The translations under genes and the position numbers were made by a program. Shown here piece after piece: positions 1 through 10,520 of a stretch of DNA of 64,000 bases. Origin of the DNA: Spirochaetia bacterium (GTDB lineage: Bacteria > Spirochaetota > Spirochaetia > SZUA-6 > Bin103). The stretch's first letter is position 1. Every line of letters starts with the position of its first letter. Location: positions 1,088,001 through 1,152,000 of the forward strand of contig CBDBDQ010000005.1 of assembly GCA_965203905.1 (NCBI GenBank), read 5' to 3'. Under the pieces are notes generated by a model, which saw only the letters and a list, made by a program, of their open reading frames with translations, was not told where the DNA came from and made no database searches.

Positions 1-129
1 CCTACTCGGAGTAGCCTGTGATCTCGTTGATCGATCTCCTGCTTGGTATAGCTCCGGCTGACCGCCGACTATCGTACCGGTGCGCGTAATGGAACGTGGC
101 AAACCCACAGGAGACAAGGAGATACATGG

Positions 130-2862
130 ATGAGGCGCAGGAAGCCGCCTAGACGCTCGGACAACTACCGCCACCCGGAAGCGGGGGCGTTGCTGCGGCC
201 AGATGTCGGCATCCAGCCGCAGTTTCGCAAAAAGAAGCCTTCAGCCGCGTATCGCTACGACTCTTCGCTGGCGCCCTCGCTCGAGTGGGACGGGCAGAAT
301 CCAGCACGTGAGCAGGGCGAAGCAGAGATCGCGGCGCTGGAGGAGCGCATAACGCGACTGTTGGCTATCCTCGATAGAGCGGACTCCGAGCCACTGTCGG
401 AGGAAGATCGCACCTCGGCACGCCACGAGCTCGCCACCGCGCAGCGTCACCTCGCCGAGCTGCGAGCGCTTTCCAAGCCGTTCCTCAACTGGGCGGGCAA
501 AGCTGAGCGGCTGTCCTTCGAGGTTCCCACGCTGCCGCTGTTCGTGCACGAACGGCTGTCCACCGCCGCCATCCTGGAGACGCTGAAGGGGCACCGGCGT
601 GACGACCAGCCGACGCAGTTCGAGTTGTTCGGGGAGAGCGATCTGCCCATTCACGACCGACTGCTCAAGGCCTACGAGCACCGCAACGGGTGGGTGAATC
701 GGCTGATCCTCGGTGATTCGCTGGTGGTGATGAACTCGCTGCTCGGGTTCGAGGGCCTTGGCGGGCAGGTGCAGACGATCTACATGGATCCACCCTACGC
801 AGTGAAGTTCGGCTCGAACTTTCAACCGTTCGTACGCAAGCGAGAAGTCAGGCACAACGACGACGACGACATGATCCGCGAGCCAGAGATGGTACAAGCG
901 TACCGCGACACCTGGGAGTTGGGGATCCACTCGTTCCTGACCTACCTGCGCGACCGGTTGCTGGTGGCGCGGGAGCTGCTGCATCCCTCGGGCAGCATCT
1001 TCGTCCAGATGTCGGACACCAACGTGCATCACGTACGCGAGCTGCTGGACGAAGTATTCGGCCCCGAATGCTTCGTGTCGCAAATCAGTTTTCAGACCAC
1101 CTCGGGGTTTCAGACCAAGACCCTCGCTACCCTCGGCGATTACCTGCTCTGGTACGCCCGTGACCGTGACCGGCTGAAGGTAAGAAAGCTGTTCGACGAA
1201 CAGCCGCTGATCCCGGGTGAGGGCAATGCCCGTTGGGTGCTACTGCCTGATGGTAGCTACCGTGGCGTGAGCGCTGAGGAGCGGCGGCGGGCCGCTGCTA
1301 TCCCCGAAGGCGCCAAGCTCTACAAGCCGGGGGACATGCAATCCCAAGGTGCGTCGCGCGAGCCGCAGCCCTTCGAATTTAACGGCAGGGTCTATCAGCC
1401 CAGCGCCAACTCCCACTGGAAAGCCAACTACCCAGAGGGCTTGAAGCGTTTGGCTGCGGACGGACGCATCCACGTAGCCGCAAACAGCATCCAGTATCGG
1501 CGGTTCGCGTCCGATTTTCCGTACCGGGAGCGAGGGAACTTCTGGACCGACACCCTGACCGGCAGCTTTACGGAAGAAAAGCGCTACGTGGTTCAGACCA
1601 ACCCCAAGGTGATCGAACGCTGCATCCTGCTCACTTCCGACCCCGGCGACCTGGTGCTCGATCCCACCTGTGGCTCCGGCACTACCGCATGGTGCGCGGA
1701 GAAGTGGGGACGGCGCTGGATCACCATCGACACTTCGCGCGTCCCGTTGGCGATTGCTCGCCAACGCTTGCTCACCGCCAGACTGGACTACTACCGACTC
1801 AAAGAGCCGGTGCGCGGCCCGGCGGGCGGCTTCGAGTACCAGCGCCGGCAGAACGCCAAGGGCGAGGAAGTCGGCGGCATCGTGCCCCACATCACACTGG
1901 AGTCGATTGCCAACGACGAACCGGCCAAGGAGGAGGTGCTGGTCGACCGCCCCGAGCGCGACGACAACGTTACGCGCGTGTGCGGCCCGTTCTGTGTGGA
2001 GGCGACAATTCCGGCTCCAACCGACTGGGACGATGACGAGACGGCCGCGGAAGCCGCACACGATGACGGTTACGATGATCACGTCGAGCGCATGATCGAA
2101 GTGCTGCGCCGCTCACCGGTCCTGCGTCTCGGGGGTGGGCGCACGGTCACCCTCTCCGGCGTGCGCCGCCCCGCGCGCACCATCAGCCTTTCAGCCGAGG
2201 CGAAGATCGAGGGCGAGGACGACCAGATCGCGGCTATCGTCTTCGGTCCCGAAAACGGCGCGGTGTCGCAGAACCTGGTGTTCGAGGCCGCGAAAGAGGG
2301 CAACGTGAAGGGCTACCGGCACCTGTACGTGTTCGGCTTTGCCATTCAGCCGGATGCGAGGAGCCTGATCGAGCTCAGTGACCGCGTGCTGGGTATTCCA
2401 GCCACCTACGCGCAGGCGAGCCCCGACCTCACCATGGGTGACCTGCTCAAGAACATGCGCTCCAGCCAGATCTTTTCGGTGTGCGGACTGCCCGAGGTGC
2501 GGATCGAGCGAGCCGATGACCACGCGTACCGCGTGCATCTGTCCGGGCTCGACGTTTTCGATCCCGCTACGATGGAAACCGACCATCGCGACGGCGCCGA
2601 CGTGCCGGCATGGTTTCTGGACACCGACTACAACGGCCTCTGCTTCCACGTGTGTCAGGCATTCTTTCCACGTACGTCCGCCTGGGAGGGGCTCAAGCGA
2701 TCGCTCCGTGGCGACTTCGAGGCGAGCGTCTGGCAACATCTTGCTGGGGCGAGCAGTGCGCCGTTCACCGCTGCCGGCCACGAGCAGATCGCCGTGAAGG
2801 TGATCGACGACCGGGGCAACGAACTGCTGGTGGTGAAGCATCTCGCGGAAGCTGACACTTGA
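130..2862 (+). CDS. mod: Type III-like restriction-modification methyltransferase (Mod), N6-adenine, beta class
   Basis: DPPY catalytic motif (IYMDPPY) precedes the SAM-binding motif (VLDPTCGSGTT). AGGAGA RBS upstream. Lies upstream of a Res helicase-nuclease. Confidence 0.9.
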   Translation: MRRRKPPRRSDNYRHPEAGALLRPDVGIQPQFRKKKPSAAYRYDSSLAPSLEWDGQNPAREQGEAEIAALEERITRLLAILDRADSEPLSEEDRTSARHELATAQRHLAELRALSKPFLNWAGKAERLSFEVPTLPLFVHERLSTAAILETLKGHRRDDQPTQFELFGESDLPIHDRLLKAYEHRNGWVNRLILGDSLVVMNSLLGFEGLGGQVQTIYMDPPYAVKFGSNFQPFVRKREVRHNDDDDMIREPEMVQAYRDTWELGIHSFLTYLRDRLLVARELLHPSGSIFVQMSDTNVHHVRELLDEVFGPECFVSQISFQTTSGFQTKTLATLGDYLLWYARDRDRLKVRKLFDEQPLIPGEGNARWVLLPDGSYRGVSAEERRRAAAIPEGAKLYKPGDMQSQGASREPQPFEFNGRVYQPSANSHWKANYPEGLKRLAADGRIHVAANSIQYRRFASDFPYRERGNFWTDTLTGSFTEEKRYVVQTNPKVIERCILLTSDPGDLVLDPTCGSGTTAWCAEKWGRRWITIDTSRVPLAIARQRLLTARLDYYRLKEPVRGPAGGFEYQRRQNAKGEEVGGIVPHITLESIANDEPAKEEVLVDRPERDDNVTRVCGPFCVEATIPAPTDWDDDETAAEAAHDDGYDDHVERMIEVLRRSPVLRLGGGRTVTLSGVRRPARTISLSAEAKIEGEDDQIAAIVFGPENGAVSQNLVFEAAKEGNVKGYRHLYVFGFAIQPDARSLIELSDRVLGIPATYAQASPDLTMGDLLKNMRSSQIFSVCGLPEVRIERADDHAYRVHLSGLDVFDPATMETDHRDGADVPAWFLDTDYNGLCFHVCQAFFPRTSAWEGLKRSLRGDFEASVWQHLAGASSAPFTAAGHEQIAVKVIDDRGNELLVVKHLAEADT

Positions 2863-4511
2863 TCCGGTCGGTTCGCATTCGCGGTTTCAAGCGGTTTCGG
2901 GAGATCGAGTTCCGCCTGCCCGGACACGTCGTGCTTGCCGGCCCCAACAACACCGGCAAGACCACCCTGCTGCAGGCGATCGCCTCGTGGGCGCTCGCCC
3001 TGCGCCGCTGGCGCGAACTCAACGACTTCAATCGCCGGAACGGATACCGGAGGGTACCAATCGCCCGGCAGGCGTTCGCAGCGGTGCCGCTCGGCAGCTT
3101 CGACCTGTTGTGGACCGACCGCCGGTATCACGGACAGATCGAGATCGAGTTGCGCCATGACGATGGGTGGGAGGTGACCATGGAGTTCATCGCCGACAGC
3201 ACCGAGCAGATCTACGTGCGGCCGGCGTGGGATTCGTCAGGCGACCTGCGGGAGATCGACCTGCAGGCGCTGTTTGTGCCGCCGATGACCGGCCTCGGCG
3301 TTGATGAACCGGTGTATCAGTGGCCCAAGATCGAACAGCTCCTGGGCCTTGGGCGGCCGGGGGAAGTGCTCCGCAATCTGCTCGCCGACGCCAGCCGCGA
3401 CGAGGCAGCGTGGGAGGCGCTGCAGGCAACCATCGACAAGCTGTTCGGGTACCGGTTGCTGCCGCCCGACACCGCCGGGGCGCACATCCGCGCCGAGTAC
3501 GAGGTGACCGGGCAGGGCCCGCCGTTCGACGTTGCGAGCGCCGGCAGCGGGTTCCAGCAGGTGTTGATGCTGCTGGCGTTCCTCAATACACGCCACGGCG
3601 CCGTGTTGCTGCTGGACGAACCGGACGCGCACCTGCACGTGATCCTGCAAGATGCCATCTACCATGAGCTCAGGAGCGCCGCCGCCCGACACGGTTCGCA
3701 GCTCATCGTCGCTACCCACTCCGAAGTGGTCATCAACGCCGTCGAGCCGCGCGAGCTCATGGTCACACTGAGCACTCCGCGGTTGGCCGCCGACAGCGAC
3801 GAGCGCAGCCGTCTCATTTCGTCGCTGCGCGTTCTCAGCAACGCAGATGTTATGCAGGCTTTGGACCTGCGCGGGATTCTCTACGTCGAGGATTACACCG
3901 ACATCAACATTCTGCGTGCGTGGGCCGAGACGCTGCAGCATCGGGCATTGGTTCTGCTGGTGAAGGAGTTGATGTGGAAACCAGTCGCGTTTCAGATACG
4001 GGAGGGGCAGCCGGGGAGGGGGATCACCCCGCGTGAGCACTTTCCGGCATTGCAACTGGTGCGCGACGACTTCGCCGGTCTGGAACTGCGCGACGGCGAC
4101 GCACAACCGGGGGCCGGGAATACGCAGATCACGGGCAGCGGATTACAACGCCTGCGCTGGAGGCGCTATGAAATTGAGAGCTACCTGCTCCATCCGGACG
4201 CCCTTGCGCGCTTCGTCACCGCCCAGGTTGGCGTCGGTGCAGCACGGCCACACGTCGAAGACATGCTTGCCTGGTGGCGACGTGAGTTTCCGCCGGGTCT
4301 CACAGAAGCACCACTCGGCGATCACCCGTTTGTGAACAACACCAAGGCGCGTACCGAGCTCCTGCCGCCTCTCCTGGAAGCCGCCGAGATCTTCGACCTG
4401 CCGTACACGCGCTACCATGAAATCGCTGCAGTGATGCTCCCAGAGGAGATCCATCCCGAAGTACTGGAAAAACTGGATGCGATCTGCCGGGCGTTCGGAG
4501 TCGAGCCGTGA
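2859..4511 (+). CDS. ABC-type ATPase fused to a C-terminal TOPRIM-like domain (OLD/PARIS AriAB-like)
   Basis: Walker A GPNNTGKT, signature-like SAGSGFQQ, Walker B/D-loop LLLDEPDAHLH, H-loop ATHSE. C-terminal YVEDYTD, DGD (DxD) and EIESYL motifs. Start overlaps the mod stop (TTGA) and stop overlaps the res start (GTGA). Confidence 0.8.
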   Translation: MIRSVRIRGFKRFREIEFRLPGHVVLAGPNNTGKTTLLQAIASWALALRRWRELNDFNRRNGYRRVPIARQAFAAVPLGSFDLLWTDRRYHGQIEIELRHDDGWEVTMEFIADSTEQIYVRPAWDSSGDLREIDLQALFVPPMTGLGVDEPVYQWPKIEQLLGLGRPGEVLRNLLADASRDEAAWEALQATIDKLFGYRLLPPDTAGAHIRAEYEVTGQGPPFDVASAGSGFQQVLMLLAFLNTRHGAVLLLDEPDAHLHVILQDAIYHELRSAAARHGSQLIVATHSEVVINAVEPRELMVTLSTPRLAADSDERSRLISSLRVLSNADVMQALDLRGILYVEDYTDINILRAWAETLQHRALVLLVKELMWKPVAFQIREGQPGRGITPREHFPALQLVRDDFAGLELRDGDAQPGAGNTQITGSGLQRLRWRRYEIESYLLHPDALARFVTAQVGVGAARPHVEDMLAWWRREFPPGLTEAPLGDHPFVNNTKARTELLPPLLEAAEIFDLPYTRYHEIAAVMLPEEIHPEVLEKLDAICRAFGVEP

Positions 4512-7500
4512 ACGTACGCGAAGTCCCCGAGCCGATCCTCAACTCGCCGTTCGAGGAGCCCAGGGAGCACTGGCGGATCACCGAACACGAGCCGCCTCAG
4601 CGGGTGCCCGGCCGCCGTCCGGCCATGTACTTCTACCGCCCGGCCGGGCATGAGTCGTCCGCTGAGCAGCAGGGAGTGGGGACGGCGATCGGACTGAAGT
4701 TGGTCAACCGGATCCGTGCCAAGCTCGCCGAGTGGCGGCCGATGGCGCTGCGCGGCGAGGGCGGCGTGAGCCGTACCACCATGGAATTGCTGCGCTACTG
4801 GCGCCGCGAGGGGCGCGGGCACCGTTTGTTCTTTGCCCAGCTCGAAGCCGCCGAAACGGTGATCTTCCTGACCGAGGCGCGCCGGGACTTCCTGCAGGGG
4901 ATCGACATCCCGCTCGACGAACCGGGTCCCGAGGCGCAGGCCAACGGGTTCCGCGCCTTCACGCGCTATGCCTGCAAGATGGCAACCGGCACCGGAAAGA
5001 CCACCGTCATGGGTATGCTTGCCGCGTGGAGCATCCTCAACAAGGTCGCTGCCCGTGGAGATCGCCGTTATTCGGATACCGTGCTGGTGGTGTGTCCGAA
5101 CGTTACGATTCGCAATCGGCTGGAAGAACTCAAACCGCAGGGGGGCGCGGCCAGCCTGTACCGCACGCGGGATCTGGTGCCGCCGCATCTCATGTCGTCG
5201 CTGGCGCAGGGCAGTGTGCTGGTAATGAACTGGCACGTGTTCGAGCCGAAGAGTGCGCACGCCGACGGCCAATCGGGCCGGGTGATCCGCACTGGGCAGG
5301 AGATCCGAACGCGGGAGACGATCCGCATTGGCACCAAGTCGACCACCATGCGCGGATCGCGCTATCTCACGCTGGACGATCTGAAGCGGCAGGTCGATCT
5401 CGGACTCGTTACCATTCTTGGTGAGCAGCGCGACCGGCAGGGCAGCCTCAAGTCGGTCGCAGTCGAGTCGGTTCGCTACGTGGAAAGCGATAGCAAACTC
5501 GTTGACCGTGTGCTTGCACGCGAAGTGGGCAGCAAGGGAAACATCCTCCTGATGAACGATGAAGCGCATCACGCCTACCGGATTCGCCACGCCGAGCCCG
5601 ACGACGGCGAGGAGGATCTGTACGGAGATGCCGATCAGACCGAGGAGTTCTTTCGCGAAGCGACCGTCTGGATCGACGGCCTGGACCGCATCCACAAGCT
5701 GCGCGGCATCAACCTGTGCGTCGACCTGTCCGCCACCCCCTACTACCTGGGACGTGTCGGGCAGGATGCGAATCGGCCGTTCCCCTGGGTCGTGAGCGAT
5801 TTCGGGTTGGTCGACGCCATCGAGTCGGGGCTCGTGAAGATACCGCAGCTCGCGGTGCGCGACACGAGCGGGGCCGCAATCCCCGGCTACTTCAACATCT
5901 GGCGATGGATTCTACCACGGCTCACTCCGGCCGAACGAGGCGGCCGCCGGGGGAGCGTGAAGCCGGAAGCGATCCTCAAGCATGCGCACGTTCCCATCGC
6001 GATGCTGGGCGGACTGTGGGAGCTGCTTCGCGACGAATGGGCACGGCGCCACGAGTCGGACCGCCCGCCGGTGTTCATCATCGTGTGCAAGAACACTGCA
6101 CTCGCCAAGGTCATCCATCGCTGGCTGGGCCATGACGAGGCGCCGGTCGGGATTCCGCCGGCGCGTCTCGATGGACTGCGCAATACCGATGGAGACAACT
6201 ACACGATACGGGTGGACTCCAAGGTCGTGCAGGAGTCGGACGGTGGGGAGGCCCGGTCCGACGCGGACCGATGGATGCGTTTGACGCTCGACACCATCGG
6301 CAAGACGGCGTGGCCGCAGGACGCTCAGGCGCGCCCCCTCTACCCCGAAGGATTCGAGGCGCTCGCGGAGAAACTGGAAAAGCCGTTGCATCCACCGGGG
6401 CGGGACGTGCGTTGCATCGTCAGCGTCGGCATGCTCACCGAAGGGTGGGACTGCAATACGGTAACGCACATCATCGGTCTGCGGCCATTCATGTCGCAGT
6501 TGCTGTGCGAGCAGGTGGTGGGCAGGGGGTTGCGTCGGCTGAGCTATGCAGTGGAGGAGGACGGCAGACTCGGCGAGGAGGTGGCGAAGATCTTCGGGGT
6601 GCCATTCGAGGTGATCCCGCTGAAGACCAACCCTCCCGGCGTGCCCAAGCCACCGCCGCAGACGTGGCGCATCCATGCCCTGCCGGAGCGCGCCGATCTG
6701 GAGATCAAGTTCCCGCGCGTCGAGGGATACACCTCTCGAATCCGCAATCGAATCCGTGTCGACTGGGACAGCATCGCGCCGCTGGAGCTTGATCCTCTGC
6801 ACATTCCGCCCGAGGTGGAGATGAAGGCCGGGTTGCCGAGCAACACCGGGCGACCCTCATTGATCGGTCCCGGGCGCCTGGAGCAGGTCGATCTCAACCC
6901 GTACCGTCGAGGTCGACGCCCGCAGCGTCTGGTGTTCGAGATGGCTCGCGATCTCACCCGCAACTACCGCCAGTCGCCCGACTGTGCGGCGCCCGCCCAC
7001 GTCCTGTTCCCTCAACTCGTGACGGTAGTGCAACGTTACCTCGATCAGAACGTGCGGCCCATCCCGCCGGCGCAAGACGTCGATGCATTCCTCTCACCCT
7101 GGTATGGCTGGCTCGTGGAACGCCTTCTGGAAGCGATCCATCCAGCGGCAGACGACGGGGACCAGGGCGAGTCACCGCGCTACGAGACCAACCGGAGACC
7201 GGGATCTACCGAAGAGGTCGACTTCGAGACCAGACGCGAGCCCTACCCGGTGACCAGGAGCCACGTCAACGCGGTCGTCCCCGACACCGCCAAGTGGGAG
7301 CAGTCGGCTGCCTACCAGATAGATCGCCACAAACAGGTAAAGTCATTCGTCAAGAACGCAGGCCTCGGATTCGCCATCCCCTACCTGCACAACGGCGAAC
7401 ATCACGAGTACATTCCCGACTTCATCATCCAGCTCGCCGACGACGAGCCGCGTTACCTCATCCTGGAGACCAAGGGCTTCGATCCGCTCCGCGAGGTGAA

Positions 7501-7633
7501 GGAGCAAGCGGCCCTACGCTGGGTTCGCGCAGTGAACGGTACAGCCAGCTTCGGTCACTGGGCTTACGCCATGGTCACCGAAATCGCCGCTGTGGACGAA
7601 GTGATTTCGAGAGTATCTGCTACGGCATCGTGA
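4508..7633 (+). CDS. res: Type III-like restriction endonuclease Res subunit (SF2 helicase + PD-(D/E)XK nuclease)
   Basis: MATGTGKT, NDEAHH, SAT, MLTEGWD and QVVGRGLR helicase motifs. C-terminal PDF...LETKG nuclease motif. Confidence 0.9.
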   Translation: MNVREVPEPILNSPFEEPREHWRITEHEPPQRVPGRRPAMYFYRPAGHESSAEQQGVGTAIGLKLVNRIRAKLAEWRPMALRGEGGVSRTTMELLRYWRREGRGHRLFFAQLEAAETVIFLTEARRDFLQGIDIPLDEPGPEAQANGFRAFTRYACKMATGTGKTTVMGMLAAWSILNKVAARGDRRYSDTVLVVCPNVTIRNRLEELKPQGGAASLYRTRDLVPPHLMSSLAQGSVLVMNWHVFEPKSAHADGQSGRVIRTGQEIRTRETIRIGTKSTTMRGSRYLTLDDLKRQVDLGLVTILGEQRDRQGSLKSVAVESVRYVESDSKLVDRVLAREVGSKGNILLMNDEAHHAYRIRHAEPDDGEEDLYGDADQTEEFFREATVWIDGLDRIHKLRGINLCVDLSATPYYLGRVGQDANRPFPWVVSDFGLVDAIESGLVKIPQLAVRDTSGAAIPGYFNIWRWILPRLTPAERGGRRGSVKPEAILKHAHVPIAMLGGLWELLRDEWARRHESDRPPVFIIVCKNTALAKVIHRWLGHDEAPVGIPPARLDGLRNTDGDNYTIRVDSKVVQESDGGEARSDADRWMRLTLDTIGKTAWPQDAQARPLYPEGFEALAEKLEKPLHPPGRDVRCIVSVGMLTEGWDCNTVTHIIGLRPFMSQLLCEQVVGRGLRRLSYAVEEDGRLGEEVAKIFGVPFEVIPLKTNPPGVPKPPPQTWRIHALPERADLEIKFPRVEGYTSRIRNRIRVDWDSIAPLELDPLHIPPEVEMKAGLPSNTGRPSLIGPGRLEQVDLNPYRRGRRPQRLVFEMARDLTRNYRQSPDCAAPAHVLFPQLVTVVQRYLDQNVRPIPPAQDVDAFLSPWYGWLVERLLEAIHPAADDGDQGESPRYETNRRPGSTEEVDFETRREPYPVTRSHVNAVVPDTAKWEQSAAYQIDRHKQVKSFVKNAGLGFAIPYLHNGEHHEYIPDFIIQLADDEPRYLILETKGFDPLREVKEQAALRWVRAVNGTASFGHWAYAMVTEIAAVDEVISRVSATAS

Positions 7634-7992
7634 TGAGAAAGGCCACAGAAACTGGAACGGTTAACGCCGACCGAGAAGCTGTCGGCGAACTCTGGGATCG
7701 AGATCTTCTGAGGCTCTGGGGCCGTTCGTTCAACGAATAGCGGACGGCGAGGATATGTTTATTGTGACGACGGAAAAACACCTTCATGAGACTACGACAT
7801 GCGTCAAGACCTGGCATACAATCGATTCGTCCACGCACGGAAAGCCGATGGTTATGTTCGGCCCATGAACGCAGTTGCAGTTCTGAACGGCGAACGGTGA
7901 TCATGGTCAGTGTCTATTCTCAGCTCCACTTTCGGCCGTCAGAATGAATTTCTAGTTTCGTGACAACTTATGAACAATGGGAAACCGAATCG

Positions 7993-8634
7993 ATGCCTGA
8001 ATTCGTAACTACGTGCCCCTACTGCAAGGCTGAACAAACCGCGTTCTTTTTTGGTGGAGAAGTGCGGACAGAACAATTTGTCTGGGTCACTCTTTGGGTA
8101 TGCCGGAGATGTTCCGAAGGGATCGTGGTTAGGCTGGAGCAACCTCATGAGTTCGCCGGAAGGACCGTCGAGCACCCGCCTAGTACGATAGATCGAGAGA
8201 TTTGCTCTTGCGGATACAGGGTGCTCAGCTCTCACCCAAGACCGGCAAGAGTACAAGCTCCTGACCATGTTCCCCAAGGAGTTGCACAGAGTTACGTAGA
8301 AGCGCTTGATAGCTTAGATAGGCGCAACTTCAATGCTGCAGGAGCAATGTGTAGAGCAACTCTCGACAAGGCAACGAAGCTACTACTACCTGATGGCGAA
8401 GATTCTTCCAAAATGTCGTTGTACAGGAGAATCGAAAGACTGGCTGAATTACGCATCTTGACGAGTGCTCTACAAGAGTGGGCTCACATCGTCCGTGATG
8501 AAGGTAACGAAGCTCTTCATGCTCTACACGAGACCGACGAAATTACTGCGAGAGACCTGTGCCATTTTACAGAGATGTTTCTCTACTACGCCTACACCAT
8601 GCCAGGATATGTCTCCGCATATCGAGGAGAATAG
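7993..8634 (+). CDS. DUF4145 (HEPN-like) domain protein with N-terminal zinc ribbon
   Basis: CPYC...CRRC, then 'AAGAMCRATLD...LYRRIERL...VRDEGNEALH', typical of DUF4145. Visibly lower GC than core. Alternative start at 7960. Confidence 0.75.
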   Translation: MPEFVTTCPYCKAEQTAFFFGGEVRTEQFVWVTLWVCRRCSEGIVVRLEQPHEFAGRTVEHPPSTIDREICSCGYRVLSSHPRPARVQAPDHVPQGVAQSYVEALDSLDRRNFNAAGAMCRATLDKATKLLLPDGEDSSKMSLYRRIERLAELRILTSALQEWAHIVRDEGNEALHALHETDEITARDLCHFTEMFLYYAYTMPGYVSAYRGE

Positions 8635-8767
8635 GATGCAAGCAGAGAGCGACCAATAGATTGGTGACGAATGCATGCTGTGACGCTACGTTCGCGCTCC
8701 TGGATAATCGGATAATCCTGCTGCAACGGTTGTTCCGTTGTTCACACGTGCCGCATTCTCATTGGTG

Positions 8768-9517
8768 CTATGGTGAGGGCCCTCGGGAGACCGACCGGTT
8801 TCTGACGGGGTCGCGCCACCAACGGCTGGCCGTGTCGCGGCGTGCCGGCACCTGGACGATGCGGTCCTCCTCCAGCAGGTAGGCGCTGAGGCGGCCGCCG
8901 AAGACGCAGGCGCTGTCGAGGCCGACCAGGTAGGGGCGGGCATCGGGACCGGCGCCGGGCGGGCGCTTTATCACCAGGCCGCCGGGGGCGTCGTGGCCGA
9001 ACACGATCAGCTTACCGCCGGGGGCAACGTGGTCGTGCCAGCGCGGGCCCTCGATTCCATCGGTCGGGGGCCAGGTGCGGATCACCACCAGTTCGTCGGG
9101 GGTGCTGCCGGCCAGGCCAGCCTCGGGGTTGATGCCGGCGTGGACCAGCAGGAAGCGCGGCTCGTGGATCGCCAGCGGCAGCCGCTCCAGCCAGGCGGTA
9201 AGCTCGGCGGCGTGCGGCAGCAGATCGCGCAACCGCGGCCCGCGGGACTGCTTCAGCCCATCCGGGGAGCCGCCGGCGACGATGGCCTGCAGTTGCGGCA
9301 GCAGCCAGGTCTCGTGGTTGCCGAGCACCATCTCGGCGCCGGTGGCGCGGATCGCCAGCCACACGCCGAGCGGATCGGGGCCGCGGGTGAAGGCGTCGCC
9401 GGTCAGCAGCAGGCGATCGCGGCCTGGCGCGAACGCCACCGCCTTGAGCAGAGCCTCGAACTCGGCGCAGCAGCCGTGGATGTCGCCGACGAAGATGGTA
9501 CGCGCGGGTGGGGCCAT
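8768..9517 (-). CDS. Metallophosphoesterase (ApaH/PrpA-like), second copy
   Basis: GDIHG, GD..TRG, GNHE, HAG and GH motifs. Nearly identical to 13941..14672 except for the C-terminal tail. Confidence 0.85.
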   Translation of the reverse strand: MAPPARTIFVGDIHGCCAEFEALLKAVAFAPGRDRLLLTGDAFTRGPDPLGVWLAIRATGAEMVLGNHETWLLPQLQAIVAGGSPDGLKQSRGPRLRDLLPHAAELTAWLERLPLAIHEPRFLLVHAGINPEAGLAGSTPDELVVIRTWPPTDGIEGPRWHDHVAPGGKLIVFGHDAPGGLVIKRPPGAGPDARPYLVGLDSACVFGGRLSAYLLEEDRIVQVPARRDTASRWWRDPVRNRSVSRGPSP

Positions 9518-10413
9518 GGAATCGGTTGCGACTTGGCCGGCGACTACCGGCCGCGGGAGCCGGCCGCGGTCTGCGCCAGGATGAAGGCGCGCAGCGCCGC
9601 GAAGCTGGGCTCCAGGGGCGTGGCCTGCTTGGGGCGCTCCAGCAGTTCCTGCAGCGGCGCCGGCACCGGCGGCACCACGCCGGTGGCACGCTGCACGGTC
9701 TCCGGGAACTTGCCGGCATCGGCGGTGGCGAGCACCACCACGGGCGAGCCCGGGGCCCCGAACACGGCGCCCTGCTCGCGCAGTCGGCGGGCGGCGGCGA
9801 TCCCGACCGCGGTGTGCGGGTCGATCAGCCGGCCATCGCGGTCATGGGCCCGGCGCATGGTGGCCAGGGTCTCGTCCTCGCCGACCGCACAGCCCTTGAG
9901 GTGGGCGCTGACGGCGGCGTGATCGTGGTTCCAGCGCGCCAGGATGCGCTCGAAGTTGGAGGGGTTGCCCACGTCCATGGCGTTGGACAGGGTGGCGACG
10001 CTGGCGCGAGGGTCCAGGGCGCCGGTGTCGAGGTAGTTCGGGACCACGTCGTTGCGGTTGGTTGCGGCCCAGAAGCCCGCCACCGGCAGTCCCCACTGGG
10101 CCGCGTACACGCCGGCGGTGAGGTTGCCGAAGTTGCCGCTCGGGACGCAGAACAGCGGCGAGCCGGCGGCGCGCAGGCGCAGGCCGGCGAAGATGTAGTA
10201 GAACGCCTGCGGCAGCAGCCGCCCGAGGCTGATCGAGTTGGCCGGGCACAGGCGCGCCGCGGCGACCAGCTCGCGGTCGATCAGCGCCTGCTTCACCAGC
10301 CGTTCGCAGTCGTCGAACGAGCCGCGATCCCGACGGCGTGGATCTTGTGACCGAGGGTGGTGAGCTGCTACTCCTGCAGGCGGCTGAAGCGCTCGGAGGG
10401 GTACAGCAGCACC
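8816..10413. repeat. Direct repeat, copy A (~1.6 kb; 3' thrC + metallophosphoesterase)
   Basis: Aligns to 13971..15569 at offset 5155 bp (ATG 9517 vs 14672; stop 9544 vs 14699). Centre nearly identical, ends diverged. Confidence 0.95.
9544..10413 (-). pseudogene. thrC: 5'-truncated threonine synthase copy
   Basis: Matches the C-terminal half of thrC 14699..16066 and lacks the PLP-lysine (SAFKD) region. Segment ~10303-10413 carries an indel and a CAG-to-TAG change. Confidence 0.9.
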
Positions 10414-10478
10414 GCGAGCGCATTGCAGAGGAAGGTCGAATCAGCTGCCCAGCCCCGATCGAGCATGGCACAATCGAG

Positions 10479-10496
10479 TACCCCCGATCGGGGGTA
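10479..10496. other. Perfect 18-bp palindrome TACCCCCGATCGGGGGTA
   Basis: Read directly. Lies ~25 bp downstream of the 10521..11276 gene and ~65 bp from the repeat edge; may be a terminator or operator. Confidence 0.6.
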
Positions 10497-10520
10497 GCAT
10501 GCGTAGATTCCGCGTAGCCC

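Noticed and set aside
856-870. Short GAC repeat in mod as a phase-variation tract
   Set aside because: Only four triplet units encoding DDDD; slippage would not shift the frame.
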